From Alphaproteobacteria bacterium (GTDB lineage Bacteria; Pseudomonadota; Alphaproteobacteria; Bin95): DNA of 64,000 bases. The translations under genes and the position numbers were made by a program. The stretch spans positions 128,001-192,000 of the forward strand of contig OZ219786.1 in the NCBI GenBank assembly GCA_964291285.2, in the 5' to 3' direction. Numbering within the stretch: the stretch's first letter is position 1; the number at the start of each line of letters is the position of its first letter. This document shows positions 21,340 to 32,694 of the stretch, in pieces. The notes below the pieces were generated by a model. It was not told where the DNA came from. It saw only the letters and a list, made by a program, of their open reading frames with translations, and ran no database searches.

Positions 21340-24300
21340 ATGGCGCTTGCGCAAGTCAAGCTGGACGACAAATACACACTGGACGAAGGACGGGTTCTGC
21401 TGACCGGGGCCCAGGCCCTGGTGCGGCTGCCGCTGGTGCAGCGCCGCCGCGACCTTGCGGCGGGTCTCAATACCGCCGGCTTCATTTCCGGCTATCGGGG
21501 CTCCCCCCTTGGCGGTTACGACCAGCAACTCTGGGCGGCGCGCAAGCACCTCCAGGACCACCATATCGTCTTCAAGGCGGGCCTCAACGAAGACCTCGCC
21601 GCCACCTCGGTCTGGGGCACGCAGCAGTCGGACTTCTTCGGCGACGCGAAATATGACGGCGTCTTCGGCATCTGGTACGGCAAGGGCCCCGGCGTGGACC
21701 GCACCGGCGACGCACTGAAGCACGCCAACCTGTTCGGCACCCATCCCCATGGCGGCGTCATCGCGCTCGCCGGCGACGACCATGTCGCCAAGAGTTCCAC
21801 CACGGCGCACCAGAGCGAGTTCGCCTTCGTCGATGCGATGGTGCCGATCCTGAACCCGTCGGGGGTGCAGGAGTTCCTCGATTTCGGCCTCTACGGCTTC
21901 GCCCTGTCGCGCTATGCCGGCCTCTGGGCGGGCTTCATCTGCGTCACGGACACGGTCGACTCCACCGCCACGGTCGATATCGACCCCGACCGGGTGCAGG
22001 TCCGGCTGCCGACCGATTTCGAGATGCCGGAGGGCGGCCCGAACATCCGCTGGCCCGATATGTGGCTGGAGCAGGAGCCCCGCCTCCACCATGTCAAGCT
22101 GCCGGCGGCCGTGGCCTTCGTGCGCGCCAACCGGCTCGACCGGGTGACCGTCGGCGGGCCCGGCCGGCGGATCGGCATCGTCACCACGGGCAAGTCCTAC
22201 CTGGATACGCGCCAGGCGCTCTCGGCGCTCGGCATCGACGACGCGACTGCCCGCGAGCTCGGCCTCTCGGTCTACAAGGTGGCGCTCTCCTGGCCGATAG
22301 AGCCGGAAGGGATGCGCGCCTTCTGCGAGGGCCTCGAAGAGGTCATCGTCGTCGAGGAGAAGCGCGGGCTGATCGAGCCGCAGATCAAGGACCTGCTCTA
22401 CAGCACGCCGGCCGACCGCCGCCCCCGCATGGTCGGCAAGACCGACGAGGACGGCCGGCCGTTGCTGCGGACCCACGGGGAGTTGCAGCCGGAGGAAGTC
22501 GCGGAAGTCGTCCTGTCCCGCCTCGGGCGCGTCGCCGACATCGGCCGTTTCGAGTCCCGCCTGGCGGCGATCCGGGAAGTGACGCGCCAGTCGGGCGGCA
22601 ACCAGCCGAGCCTTGTGCGAACGCCCTCCTTCTGCTCGGGCTGCCCGCACAATTCCGGCACCAGGCTGCCGGACGGGTCGCGGGCGTTCTCGGGTATCGG
22701 CTGCCATTTCATGGCGCAGTGGGTCGATCCAGACAAGACCGCCACTTACACCCATATGGGGGCCGAAGGCGCAACCTGGGCCGGACTGCACCATTTCGTC
22801 GAGACGCCGCACATCTTCCAGAATATCGGCGACGGCACCTACTACCATTCCGGCATCCTGGCGGTGCGCGCGGCCGTCGCATCCGGCGCCAACATGACTT
22901 ACAAGGTGCTCTACAACGACGCCGTCGCCATGACCGGCGGGCAGCCGGTGGACGGGCCGCTGTCGCCCGCGATGGTGACGCAGCAGCTTGCCGCCGAGGG
23001 CGTAAAGCCGGTCTATCTCGTCACCGACACGCCGGAGGCCTACGAAAAGGCCCGCGACCTCGCGCCCGGCACGGTGGTCAAGCATCGCTCCGAACTGAAC
23101 CAGGTCCAGATCGAGCTGCGGGAGATCGAGGGCGTATCGGGCCTCGTCTATGTGCAGACCTGCGCGGCGGAGAAGCGCCGGCGGCGCAAGCGCGGCGCCT
23201 TCCCGAATCCGCCCAAGCGCATGTTCATAAACCCGGCCGTGTGCGAAGGCTGCGGCGATTGCGGCGTCAAGTCGAATTGCGTCTCCGTCATCCCGGTCGA
23301 GACCGAGTTCGGCCGCAAGCGGATGATCGACCAGTCCGCGTGCAACAAGGATTATTCCTGCCTGAACGGCTTCTGCCCGAGCTTCGTCACCGTCTATGAC
23401 GCCGAGCCGCGCAAGGGCAAGCCCGCCGGCCAGGCGCCGGGGCCGCTGGAAGTTCTGCCGGAACCGGATATTCCGGCGACCGACGAGCCCTACTCCATCA
23501 TGATCGACGGCATCGGAGGCACGGGCGTCATCACCGTGGGCGCGCTGCTTGCCATGGCGGCGCATCTGGAGGGCAAGGCCGCCACCGTGATGGACATGAC
23601 GGGCCTCGCCCAGAAAGGCGGCGCCGTCTGGAGCCATCTCAGGATCGCCGACAATCCGGAGGACCTGCACAGCGTGCGTATCGGTCTCGGCGGCGGACGC
23701 GCGCTCATCGGCTGCGACCTTGTGACCTCCAGCCAGATCGACACGCTCTCCAGACTGTCGCGCGGGACCAGCCGGGCGGTCATCAACACCTATCGCACCT
23801 ACACCAACGAGTTCGCCCGCAATCCGGACATGTCCTTCCCGGAGGACGAACTGCGCACCCGGATCGAGGCGGCGCTCGGGGGCGATGCCGTGGAAATGAT
23901 CGACGCCACACGCCTCGCCACGGCGCTCTTGGGCGACGCCATCGGCTCCAACCTGTTCATGGCCGGCTTCGCCTATCAGAGGGGCCTGGTCCCGGTCTGC
24001 GCCGAGGCCATCGAACGCGCCATCGAGCTCAACGGCGTTGCCGTCGAGATGAACAAGACCGCGTTCGACTGGGGCCGGCGGGCGGCGCATGATCTCGCCT
24101 TTGTCGAACGGATCGCCTACCCGGCGGACGCAAGGCAGGAGCGTTCCGTTCTCGAAAGCCTGGACGACATGGTCGCCCGCAGGACCGCGTTCCTGACCGG
24201 CTACCAGAACGCCGCCTATGCCGGGCGCTACAGGGCCCTGGTGGACCGGGTGCGCGAGACCGAGGGCGTGGAGGGCGGCGGGCCGCTTTCCCATGCGGTC

Positions 24301-24813
24301 GCGCGCTACTACTTCAAGCTGCTGGCCTACAAGGACGAATATGAGGTTGCCCGGCTACATGCCTCGGGGGATTTCCGCAAGCAGATCGAGCGCCAGTTCG
24401 AGGGGGGCTACCGGCTGGAGTTCAACCTGGCCCCGCCGCTCTTCGCCCGGAAGGACCCGGTGACCGGCGAGCCGCGCAAGATGCGCTTCGGCTCGTGGAT
24501 GCTGCATGTCTTCCGGCTGCTCGCCGCCATGCGCGGGCTGCGCGGCACGGCCTTCGACCCCTTCGGGCGGACGGAGGAGCGCCGCCGCGAGCGCGCGCTG
24601 ATCGTGCAATACGAGGCCGATGTGGAGGAAATCCTGAGCCGCTTCGCTCCTGAGACCAGCGCGGCCGCCGTCGGCCTGGCGAGCGTGCCGGAGCATATCC
24701 GTGGCTATGGCCATGTGAAGCTGCGTCATCTCGAAGCCGCGGAGAAGCAGCGCGACGCGCATCTCGAAGCGCTTCGCAATCCTGGCAAACACACTGTAGC
24801 CGCCGCCGAATAG
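21340..24813 (+). CDS. Indolepyruvate ferredoxin oxidoreductase family protein (fused alpha/beta)
   Basis: GYRGSPLGG, FCSGCPHN, GDGTYYHSG, CEGCGDC, GLAQKGG, YKDEYEVARL. Confidence 0.93.
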   Translation: MALAQVKLDDKYTLDEGRVLLTGAQALVRLPLVQRRRDLAAGLNTAGFISGYRGSPLGGYDQQLWAARKHLQDHHIVFKAGLNEDLAATSVWGTQQSDFFGDAKYDGVFGIWYGKGPGVDRTGDALKHANLFGTHPHGGVIALAGDDHVAKSSTTAHQSEFAFVDAMVPILNPSGVQEFLDFGLYGFALSRYAGLWAGFICVTDTVDSTATVDIDPDRVQVRLPTDFEMPEGGPNIRWPDMWLEQEPRLHHVKLPAAVAFVRANRLDRVTVGGPGRRIGIVTTGKSYLDTRQALSALGIDDATARELGLSVYKVALSWPIEPEGMRAFCEGLEEVIVVEEKRGLIEPQIKDLLYSTPADRRPRMVGKTDEDGRPLLRTHGELQPEEVAEVVLSRLGRVADIGRFESRLAAIREVTRQSGGNQPSLVRTPSFCSGCPHNSGTRLPDGSRAFSGIGCHFMAQWVDPDKTATYTHMGAEGATWAGLHHFVETPHIFQNIGDGTYYHSGILAVRAAVASGANMTYKVLYNDAVAMTGGQPVDGPLSPAMVTQQLAAEGVKPVYLVTDTPEAYEKARDLAPGTVVKHRSELNQVQIELREIEGVSGLVYVQTCAAEKRRRRKRGAFPNPPKRMFINPAVCEGCGDCGVKSNCVSVIPVETEFGRKRMIDQSACNKDYSCLNGFCPSFVTVYDAEPRKGKPAGQAPGPLEVLPEPDIPATDEPYSIMIDGIGGTGVITVGALLAMAAHLEGKAATVMDMTGLAQKGGAVWSHLRIADNPEDLHSVRIGLGGGRALIGCDLVTSSQIDTLSRLSRGTSRAVINTYRTYTNEFARNPDMSFPEDELRTRIEAALGGDAVEMIDATRLATALLGDAIGSNLFMAGFAYQRGLVPVCAEAIERAIELNGVAVEMNKTAFDWGRRAAHDLAFVERIAYPADARQERSVLESLDDMVARRTAFLTGYQNAAYAGRYRALVDRVRETEGVEGGGPLSHAVARYYFKLLAYKDEYEVARLHASGDFRKQIERQFEGGYRLEFNLAPPLFARKDPVTGEPRKMRFGSWMLHVFRLLAAMRGLRGTAFDPFGRTEERRRERALIVQYEADVEEILSRFAPETSAAAVGLASVPEHIRGYGHVKLRHLEAAEKQRDAHLEALRNPGKHTVAAAE

Positions 24814-24826
24814 GAGCATTCCCGAT

Positions 24827-25519
24827 ATGAGTGGGACGGAAACCGCGATCATTGTCGGGGTGGGGCCCGGCCTTGGCGCCTCGCTTGGGCGCATTTTCTC
24901 TCGCGCCGGCATGAAGGTTGCGCTGGCCGCGCGTACGCCGGCGAAGCTGGAGCCGGTCGCCGCCGAACTGGGCGACTCCGTCAGCCTCCACGCCTGCGAC
25001 GCCACCGACGATGCAAGCGTCAAGGCGCTGTTCGCTGCGGCGCCGGAGCCGGACATCGTGGTCTTCAACGCTTCGGGCCGCGTTCGCGCCAGTGTCGTGG
25101 ACATCGAGACCGAAGCGTTCGAGCAGGCGTGGCGGCAGGCCTGCCTCGGTGGCTTCATCGTCGGCCGGGAGGCCGCGCGAGCCATGCTGCCGCGCGGTTC
25201 GGGCAGCATCTTCTTCACCGGCGCCACGGCTTCCGTGAAGGGCTATGCCATGTCGGCCGGTTTCGCGGTCGGCAAGTTCGGCCTGCGCGCGCTGGCGCAG
25301 TCCATGGCGCGGGACTACGGGCCGAAAGGCATCCATATCGCGCATTTCGTCATCGACGGCGGCATTCTGGGGCCGCACCACGCTCCCGACCCCGGCCTGC
25401 CGGAAGACCACCTCCTGGTCCCCGATTCGATTGCGGAGACCTATCTGCACGTCCACCGCCAGCATCGCTCGGCCTGGGCGCATGAGGTCGATCTCAGGCC
25501 GTGGACGGAGTCCTTCTGA
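24827..25519 (+). CDS. SDR family oxidoreductase
   Basis: [27 protein letters not shown]. Confidence 0.88.
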   Translation: MSGTETAIIVGVGPGLGASLGRIFSRAGMKVALAARTPAKLEPVAAELGDSVSLHACDATDDASVKALFAAAPEPDIVVFNASGRVRASVVDIETEAFEQAWRQACLGGFIVGREAARAMLPRGSGSIFFTGATASVKGYAMSAGFAVGKFGLRALAQSMARDYGPKGIHIAHFVIDGGILGPHHAPDPGLPEDHLLVPDSIAETYLHVHRQHRSAWAHEVDLRPWTESF

Positions 25520-25547
25520 GGCGTCGCCGCGACTAGCGAGGATGAGC

Positions 25548-26003
25548 ATGGCAAAGCGCGTGCTGGTTCTGAACGGGCCGAATCTCAACATGCTCGGCCA
25601 GCGCCAGCCCGAGATTTACGGGCGCACGACCCTTGCGGAGATCGACGCGGACGCGAAGACGGCTGCGGGCGAACTCGGCATGGAGGCCGTCTGCCGGCAG
25701 AGCAACCACGAGGGCGAGCTCGTCACCTGGATACAGGAAGCGCGGGGCGACTTCGACGCCATCGTCATCAACGCCGCTGCCTTCACCCACACTTCGGTCG
25801 CGCTGCTCGATGCGCTCACGCTCTTCGAGGGCCCGGTCGTCGAGGTCCATCTCTCGAACATCCACCGGCGCGAGGCCTTCCGCCATCATTCCTACATATC
25901 GGGCGCCGCGCTCGGCATGATCGCGGGCTTCGGCCCGGTCGGATACCGGCTGGCGCTGCTGGCCCTGGCCGACCGCTGGCGCGCGGACGGAGATACGCCG
26001 TGA
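25548..26003 (+). CDS. aroQ: Type II 3-dehydroquinate dehydratase
   Basis: [30 protein letters not shown]. Confidence 0.96.
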   Translation: MAKRVLVLNGPNLNMLGQRQPEIYGRTTLAEIDADAKTAAGELGMEAVCRQSNHEGELVTWIQEARGDFDAIVINAAAFTHTSVALLDALTLFEGPVVEVHLSNIHRREAFRHHSYISGAALGMIAGFGPVGYRLALLALADRWRADGDTP

Positions 26004-26461
26004 GCGGCTTTCCCATCGACGAGGAAGCCGTCCGCCGGCTCGCGGCGCTGCTCGATGAAACCGGCGTCGGCGAAATCGAATACCGGGACGGGGACCGGAG
26101 TCTCAGAATCTCCGCCCGCGGCGCGGCGCCGATCTCCGCACCCGTCGCAGCGGCGGCAGCGCCCGTGCCGGAAACCTCGCCCGCCGGTGCTGCTTCGCCT
26201 CCACAACAGGCGCCCGCAGGCGTGGAGGGCACGCCCGTCACGGCTCCGATCGTGGGCACGGTTTATCTTCAACCGGAGCCGGGACAGCCGGCATTCGTGC
26301 AGGTCGGCGACCGCGTTCAGGCGGGCCAGACCCTGCTGATCATTGAGGCGATGAAGGTGTACAACCAGATTCCCGCCCCCTCGGACGGCATCGTCCGGCA
26401 GGTTCTCGTCTCCAGCGGCGACCCGGTCGAATACGGCGAGACCCTGATGATTCTCGGCTGA
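26000..26461 (+). CDS. accB: Acetyl-CoA carboxylase biotin carboxyl carrier protein
   Basis: IEAMK biotinylation motif, Ala/Pro linker. Confidence 0.95.
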   Translation: MSGFPIDEEAVRRLAALLDETGVGEIEYRDGDRSLRISARGAAPISAPVAAAAAPVPETSPAGAASPPQQAPAGVEGTPVTAPIVGTVYLQPEPGQPAFVQVGDRVQAGQTLLIIEAMKVYNQIPAPSDGIVRQVLVSSGDPVEYGETLMILG

Positions 26462-26465
26462 GCCG

Positions 26466-27806
26466 GTGTTCGAAAAGGTTCTGATCGCCAATCGCGGCGA
26501 GATCGCGCTTCGCATCATCCGCGCCTGCCGGGACCTCGGCATCCGCACCGTCGCGGTCCATTCCACCATCGACTCCGACGCCATGCATGTGCGCCTTGCG
26601 GACGAGAGCGTGTGCATCGGCCCGCCCGCGCCGCGCGACAGCTATCTCAGCATGGCCGCGCTGGTCTCGGCCGCTAGCGTGGCCGGCGCCGACGCCATTC
26701 ATCCCGGCCTGGGCTTCCTTGCAGAGAACGCCACCTTCGCCCAGGTCGTGACCGACCACGGCTTCACCTTCATCGGCCCGAGCCCGGACCATATTGCGAC
26801 GATGGGCGACAAGATCGCTGCCAAGGCGGCCATGGCGGAGGTCGGCATTTCCGGCGTGCCGGGCAGCGATGCCGCAGTCGACGATGACGCGGAAGCCGCG
26901 CGGATCGCCGACGGGATCGGCTATCCGGTGCTGGTCAAGGCGGCAGCGGGCGGCGGCGGGCGCGGCATGCAGATCGCCCGCACGCCGGCGAACCTTGCGC
27001 CTGCGCTCGGACTCGCCCGGCGCGAGGCCGCCGGCGCATTCGGCGATTCGCGCGTGTTCATCGAGAAGTTCATCGAGAACCCGCGCCATATCGAGGTCCA
27101 GGTGCTGGCGGACTCCCACGGCAATGCCGTTCATCTCGGCGAGCGCGACTGCTCCATCCAGCGCCGCCACCAGAAGGTCATCGAGGAGGCGCCCTCCCCT
27201 GCCCTCGACGATGCCCAGCGGGCCGCGGTCGGCGAGCGGGCCGCAAGCGCGGTCGCCCGGCTCGGCTATCTGGGCGCAGGCACGCTCGAGTTCCTGTTCG
27301 ACGGCCGGGACTTCCACTTCATCGAGATGAACACGCGCCTCCAAGTCGAGCATCCGGTCACGGAAATGGTGACGGGCGTCGATATCGTGCGGGAGCAGCT
27401 GGCGGTCGCTGCAGGCGGCAGGCTGTCCTTCGGCCAGGACGATGTGCGTTTCGACGGCCATGCCATCGAATGCCGGGTCAATGCCGAGGACGCCCGCACC
27501 TTCGTGCCTTCGCCCGGACGGGTCCGCGAATACCACCCGCCGGGGGGGCCGGGGGTCCGCGTCGATTCTGCGCTCTTCGCCGGTTGTGTCGTGCCGCCGC
27601 ATTACGACAGCCTGGTCGCCAAGCTGGTCGTCCACGGCCCGGACCGGAGCACGGCGGTTGCCCGCCTCGCCCGCGCGCTCGACGAGTATGTCATCGAAGG
27701 CATAGACACCAATCTCGACCTGCACCGGCATATCGCGGGCAACCGGGACTTCAACAGCGGCGCCTGCGACATTCACTGGCTGGAACGCTGGATGGACGGC
27801 GCTTGA
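26466..27806 (+). CDS. accC: Acetyl-CoA carboxylase biotin carboxylase
   Basis: LIANRGEIA, ERDCSIQRRHQK, EMNTRLQVEHPVTE. Confidence 0.97.
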   Translation: MFEKVLIANRGEIALRIIRACRDLGIRTVAVHSTIDSDAMHVRLADESVCIGPPAPRDSYLSMAALVSAASVAGADAIHPGLGFLAENATFAQVVTDHGFTFIGPSPDHIATMGDKIAAKAAMAEVGISGVPGSDAAVDDDAEAARIADGIGYPVLVKAAAGGGGRGMQIARTPANLAPALGLARREAAGAFGDSRVFIEKFIENPRHIEVQVLADSHGNAVHLGERDCSIQRRHQKVIEEAPSPALDDAQRAAVGERAASAVARLGYLGAGTLEFLFDGRDFHFIEMNTRLQVEHPVTEMVTGVDIVREQLAVAAGGRLSFGQDDVRFDGHAIECRVNAEDARTFVPSPGRVREYHPPGGPGVRVDSALFAGCVVPPHYDSLVAKLVVHGPDRSTAVARLARALDEYVIEGIDTNLDLHRHIAGNRDFNSGACDIHWLERWMDGA

Positions 27807-28069
27807 AGCGGATTTCGGCGGAAATGCTGCTGACCGCCTACCGGCTGGGGCTTTTCCCCATGGCGGACGGGCGCAGTTCGGACACGCTTTACTGGCTGGA
27901 CCCGCGCCGGCGGGGCGTCATTCCGCTCGACGGCTTCCATGTACCGCGGCGCCTCGCCCGCACCGTCCGCCAGGGCCGGTTCGAAGTTGTGGTCGACGGC
28001 GATTTCGACGCGGTGATCGCGGCCTGCGCCGAGCCGCGTGCGGATGACGGCGACACCTGGATCAATGAC

Positions 28070-29765
28070 CCTAAATCCGGCATTTGAGGATGGCGTGGCC
28101 TTGCCGAATCCCTTGTAGTCTGCGGATATGAGCGGCTTTTCAGGGGCCGAAGAGGCTCACCCTGTGGGTGATTATCCTGGCGCTGTGCGGGATGTCGCCC
28201 GAGCGTCGGTGAAGGTGGACACCTTCGGCGGCGCGGTTCATGTGGAATGGGACCCTGATGCGGCGGTAACGCCGCTGGGCCATCTGGCGTTTTTCGCGGA
28301 ATAGCTGAAGGTGAGCGGTCGCTTTGACGCTTTGGTTGCGGACTGCCCGCTGCGGTACACGAGCCCGAACGCGCCGTCGAAGCGGGATGTCCTGGGGACG
28401 GTTCTTCTGTCGGTTCTGGCGGGGCAATCGCGGTATGCGCACATCACGTCGCTGCGCGGCGACGGGGTGAACCCTGCGCTGCTGGGTATGGACAAGGTTG
28501 CGAGCGAGGATTCGGTGCGGCGCGGTCTGGAGCGGATCGGTGCGGAGGCCGGCACATCGTGGCTTCAGGGCCATCTGGACGAGGTGGTCCGTCCGCTGCT
28601 GAGGGAGCCGTGGGTTCTGGACTGCGACACGACGATCAAGGCGCTTTACGGTCGTCAGGAGGGAGCGGTTGTGAGCTACAACCCGAAGAAGCCGGGCCGC
28701 CCCTCGCATGCCTGCCATGCGTTCCTGATGGCGGGCACGCGGCTTGTTCTTGATGTCGAGGTGGCGCCGGGCAACCATCACCATTCGAGGCGCGCGGCGC
28801 CGTCCTTGTGGGCGTTGCTCGACCGTCTTGGGCGGGATCGCTGGCCGCGTCTGGTGCGGGGCGACAAGGACTGGGGCAGCGAGGCCAACATGGCGTCGTG
28901 CGAGGCTGCGGGTCCGGACTATCTGTTCAAGCTGCGCCTGACGAAGGGGGCGCGCCGGCTTGCCGGGCGGCTGATGGCGCGGGACGGCTGGGAGGATGCG
29001 GGCCAGGGCTGGTCGGGGATCGGGGCCGATCTGCGTCTGCAGGGCTGGAGCCGGACGCGCCGGGTTGTGGTGCTGCGCCGGCGGCTTCCTGCGACGCTGG
29101 CGCTGACGCGTGGCGACAAGGCCCGGGGCGAGCTGTTCCGGACCGGGGCGCAGCCCGGCACCGGGGTGTGGGAGTTCGCGGTGCTGGCGACCTCGCTGGA
29201 CCTGGAGATACGCTCGCTGGCCCGGCTCTACCGCGACCGGGCGGACGCGGAGAACGGCTTCGACGAGTTGAAGAACCAGTGGGGCTGGGGCGGCTTCACC
29301 ACGCGCGACCTGACGCGCTGCCGGCACATGGCCCGGCTGGTCGCGCTCATCTGCAACTGGTGGAGCCTGTTCGTGCGCCTCGCCGACCCCGACCATCACC
29401 GCGAGGCGATCACCAGCCGGCCGCTGCTCCTGCACGGGGTTGCCCGCCAGACCCACCACGCCGGCCAGACCCGGCTGACGGTGACCTCCCATCACGGGCG
29501 TCGCAAGACGGTGATGGCGGCGCTGCGCCGGATCGCCGGCTTCTTCCGGTCGCTGACGCAAACTGCGGAGCAGTTGAGCGCCGGGGATCGCTGGCGCCGC
29601 ATCCTCGCCGAGGCGCTCAGGAAATACCTCCATGGCCGCGAACCGGGGCGTCAACCCTGGCTGCCGCCACCCAGGGCCGCGACCGCGTGCTGAAATCCAC
29701 GCCCAAATCCGGCCGTTCACACTACCCCGAGACAGCGATCAAGCCCGTCAAATGCCGGATTTAGG
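28070..29765 (+). mobile_element. IS1380-family insertion sequence
   Basis: 18-bp perfect terminal IR CCTAAATCCGGCATTTGA; 5-bp target duplication ATGAC at 28065-28069 and 29766-29770; 1696 bp. Confidence 0.9.
28128..29693 (+). pseudogene. IS1380-family DDE transposase with an in-frame TAG
   Basis: VDTFGGAVHVEWDPDAAVTPLG upstream, TAG at 28302-28304 (FFAE*LKVSG), then LDCDTTIKALYGRQEG, RGD, YRDRADAENGFDELKNQWGWGGF. Confidence 0.82.
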
Positions 29766-30143
29766 ATGACGACATCCTGCGGCTATACCGGGAGCTCCAC
29801 CGGAAAGGCGCGGCGCACAGCGTGGAATGCCGGCTGGAAGGGCGGCTGGCGGGCGGCCTTTACGGCGTGGCCATCGACGGCGCCTTCTTCGGGGAGAGCA
29901 TGTTCTCGCGGGCCAGGGATGCGAGCAAGGTAGCGCTGGTCCACCTCGCGGCCCGCCTCCGGATCGGCGGCTACCGCCTTCTGGACACGCAATTCTTCAC
30001 CGAACACCTGGCGACCTTCGGCGCGGTGGAAGTCAGCCGCACGGACTATCGCCTCCGCCTCAAGGCCGCACTGGAGGTGGAGGCCGAGCTGCCGCGCGAC
30101 CTGCCGGAAGGACAGCTGGAGCGGTTCCTTGCTTCGGCGCGGG

Positions 30144-31187
30144 TCAGGCCGCTTCCAGAGGCACAACAGGCACCGCGTCCTTGACCACGATGCCGCCCCG
30201 GTCGCCCGGCCGGACGCTGCCGTAGCGGGCGGCAAAGGCCTCCGGAAGCCTGCGTCCCTCGGGCGGGCACAACCAGAGCCGCAACAGGTGGCGGCGGCGC
30301 TCCGGCTCCGGCCAGTCCTCGAAGGCGGTCCGGTCGTGCAGGATAACGTGGTTGCAGAGGAACTGCATGTCGCCGGCCTCGAACGCCATGTCGAGCCGGA
30401 ATTCACCGCTGTTACAGAGCGAGTCGAACAGGTCGAGGGCTTCTACCTGTTTCGGCGTCAGCGCCGGAACCTCCGGGAAGCGGCGCGCGGACTCGATGTA
30501 GCGCCGCGTGTAGATCGTGGTCAGCTCGTCGCCGATCCGGTTGAAGACGGGCAGCGCGAACCAGGGCTTCATGCCCTCCGGCACCTCGCCGCGCCGGTCG
30601 ACAATGAACGGCTCGTAGAGCTCGGCCGCAAGGTCCGGGCGCCGCCGCGCCATCTCGTTGTGGACGGCAACCGAACTCACGATGGAGCTCAGGCCGCCGG
30701 AGCGCGCCGGGTGCAGGCACATCAGCGCAACGATGTCCACTGAATCGGTGTGGAAAAGCTGGCGTTCGCGGGTCTGGTACACGCGGACATTGGGATCGCT
30801 GCTGTGCAGGCCCACATCCTTCACATGGCCCATCAGGTGGCCCCTGGCGTTCTGCGAGCGGGCGCTGCCGAAATGCGCGCCGATGCCCCAGAAGGCGGCC
30901 ACGGCCTCTTCCCGGCTCATTCGCCCGACCGGCAGGCCGCGCAGCAGGAAGAACCCCCTGCCCTCCAGCAGTTCGCGCCTGAGCCCGGCGAGCTTCGGAC
31001 CCAGCACCGGCAGCGGGAATGCCGCCTTGTCCACCTCGATCAGGGGCCGGTCGATGGCCGCGACCGCGCGGTCGATTTCCCCGATCTCGGCATCGGAGAG
31101 GCGAAGCTCCCATCCGCTCCCGGCGCACATCTCCGGGCCGCGCCAGGCTGCCGGGCTGTCGAGGACTTCTGGAGAAACTGTCGTCAT
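30144..31187 (-). CDS. TauD/TfdA family dioxygenase
   Basis: [33 protein letters not shown]. Confidence 0.88.
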   Translation of the reverse strand: MTTVSPEVLDSPAAWRGPEMCAGSGWELRLSDAEIGEIDRAVAAIDRPLIEVDKAAFPLPVLGPKLAGLRRELLEGRGFFLLRGLPVGRMSREEAVAAFWGIGAHFGSARSQNARGHLMGHVKDVGLHSSDPNVRVYQTRERQLFHTDSVDIVALMCLHPARSGGLSSIVSSVAVHNEMARRRPDLAAELYEPFIVDRRGEVPEGMKPWFALPVFNRIGDELTTIYTRRYIESARRFPEVPALTPKQVEALDLFDSLCNSGEFRLDMAFEAGDMQFLCNHVILHDRTAFEDWPEPERRRHLLRLWLCPPEGRRLPEAFAARYGSVRPGDRGGIVVKDAVPVVPLEAA

Positions 31188-31273
31188 GCCATGCTCGTCC
31201 GGTCGATTTCACTGCCGGAGACTATAACCCCGATGCTGCCCCCGGAATCAATGGCGCCGGAGCGCCCGGCCCC

Positions 31274-32683
31274 GTGACGCCCGAGGAATTCAGGGCCCAC
31301 GCCCACCGCCTCGTGGACTGGATGGCCGACTACATGGCGGAGGTGGAGCGCCTGCCCGTCCGCGCGCAGACCCGCCCGGGCGAGATCGCGTCCGCCCTGC
31401 CTCCGTCGCCGCCCGAGGCCGGCGAAGGCATGGAAACCGTGTTCGCTGATTTCGAGCGCATCGTCATGCCCGGCATGACCCATTGGCAGCATCCGCGCTT
31501 CTTCGCCTATTTCCCGGCCAACTCCAGCCCGCCCTCGGTGCTGGCGGAGATGCTGACGGCCGCGCTCGGCGCGCAATGCATGCTGTGGCAGACCTCGCCC
31601 GCCGCCACCGAGATGGAAACCCGCATGCTGGACTGGCTGCGTCAGGCCATCGGCCTCCCGGAAGGCTTCTCGGGCGTCATACAGGATTCGGCATCGTCGG
31701 CCATATTGTGCGCCCTGCTGACGGCGCGCGAACGGGCGACCGGAGGCGCTGCGAACGAGCAGGGCCTCGCCGGAGCCGGGGCAGCGCCCGTCGTTTACAC
31801 CTCGGACCAGGCCCATTCGGCTACCGAGAAGGGAGCGAAGATCGCCGGCTACGGACGCCGCCATGTCCGGCTGGTCGAAACCGGCAGCGACTTCGCCATG
31901 AGGGCGGATGCGCTGGATGCGGCGATTTGCGCGGACAGGGCGGCCGGCCTCAGGCCCGCCTGCATCGTCGCGAGCCTCGGCACGACCGGCGTCGGCGCCA
32001 TCGACCGGCTGGATGAAATCGGCGCCGTCGCCCGCGCCCATGACATCTTCCTCCATGTCGATGCCGCATGGGCCGGCAGCGCGCTCATCTGCGAGGAGCA
32101 CCGCTGGATGCTGCAGGGCATCGAGGCCGTGGACAGCCTCGTCTTCAATCCGCACAAATGGCTGCTCACCAATTTCGACTGCTCGGCGCATTTCGTTCGC
32201 GATCCGGACGCGCTGATCCGCACCTTTTCGATCCTCCCCGCCTATCTGCAAAGCCGGGAGGGGGATGCCGTCATTGACTACCGCGACTGGAGCGTGCCGC
32301 TCGGCCGGCGTTTCCGCGCGCTCAAGCTCTGGTTCGTGCTGCGCAGCTACGGCCTTGCCGGCCTGCGCGACCTGGTGCGGCGGCATATCGCGCTGGCCGA
32401 ATGGCTCGAAGGCGAGATCGCAGCGCATCCGGATTTCGAGCTTATGGCCCCCAGATCCTTGGCATTGCTGAATTTCCGCTACGCCCCTCAGGGGAACGCA
32501 GCGCTTGACGACCTCAACGAGCGGCTGCTGCACGTGATCAATGACGAAGGGCGCATCTACCTGACGCAAGGCAGCGTGAACGGGGCCTATGCGATTCGCG
32601 TCTCCATCGGACAGACCGGCACCGAGCGCATCCATGTCGAGCAGGCGTGGGAGGCAATCCGCTCCGCCGCCGCCCGACTTTAG
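31274..32683 (+). CDS. PLP-dependent aromatic L-amino acid decarboxylase (group II)
   Basis: THWQHPRFFAYFP, HVDAAWAG, FNPHKW, GRRFRALKLWFV. Confidence 0.92.
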   Translation: MTPEEFRAHAHRLVDWMADYMAEVERLPVRAQTRPGEIASALPPSPPEAGEGMETVFADFERIVMPGMTHWQHPRFFAYFPANSSPPSVLAEMLTAALGAQCMLWQTSPAATEMETRMLDWLRQAIGLPEGFSGVIQDSASSAILCALLTARERATGGAANEQGLAGAGAAPVVYTSDQAHSATEKGAKIAGYGRRHVRLVETGSDFAMRADALDAAICADRAAGLRPACIVASLGTTGVGAIDRLDEIGAVARAHDIFLHVDAAWAGSALICEEHRWMLQGIEAVDSLVFNPHKWLLTNFDCSAHFVRDPDALIRTFSILPAYLQSREGDAVIDYRDWSVPLGRRFRALKLWFVLRSYGLAGLRDLVRRHIALAEWLEGEIAAHPDFELMAPRSLALLNFRYAPQGNAALDDLNERLLHVINDEGRIYLTQGSVNGAYAIRVSIGQTGTERIHVEQAWEAIRSAAARL

Positions 32684-32694
32684 GCATTGCCGGC

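Larger units (their letters stand above)
27803..30184 (+). pseudogene. aat: Leucyl/phenylalanyl-tRNA--protein transferase interrupted by an IS1380-type element
   Basis: 5' part AYRLGLFPM..TWIND (27803-28069) and 3' part [32 protein letters not shown] (29771-30184) join in frame when the IS and one ATGAC copy are removed. Confidence 0.92.

Noticed and set aside
21280-24294. Very long antisense or alternate-frame ORFs (also 46358-49372, 5009-7456, 11912-13972)
   Set aside because: Shadow frames of high-GC genes with no recognisable motifs
28065-28069. IS1380 target duplication ATGAC resembles the CATGAC repeat
   Set aside because: A single 5-mer within coding sequence (AAT GAC); chance is sufficient
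28302-28304. Pyrrolysine or programmed amber readthrough in the transposase
   Set aside because: No supporting context; a point mutation is simpler
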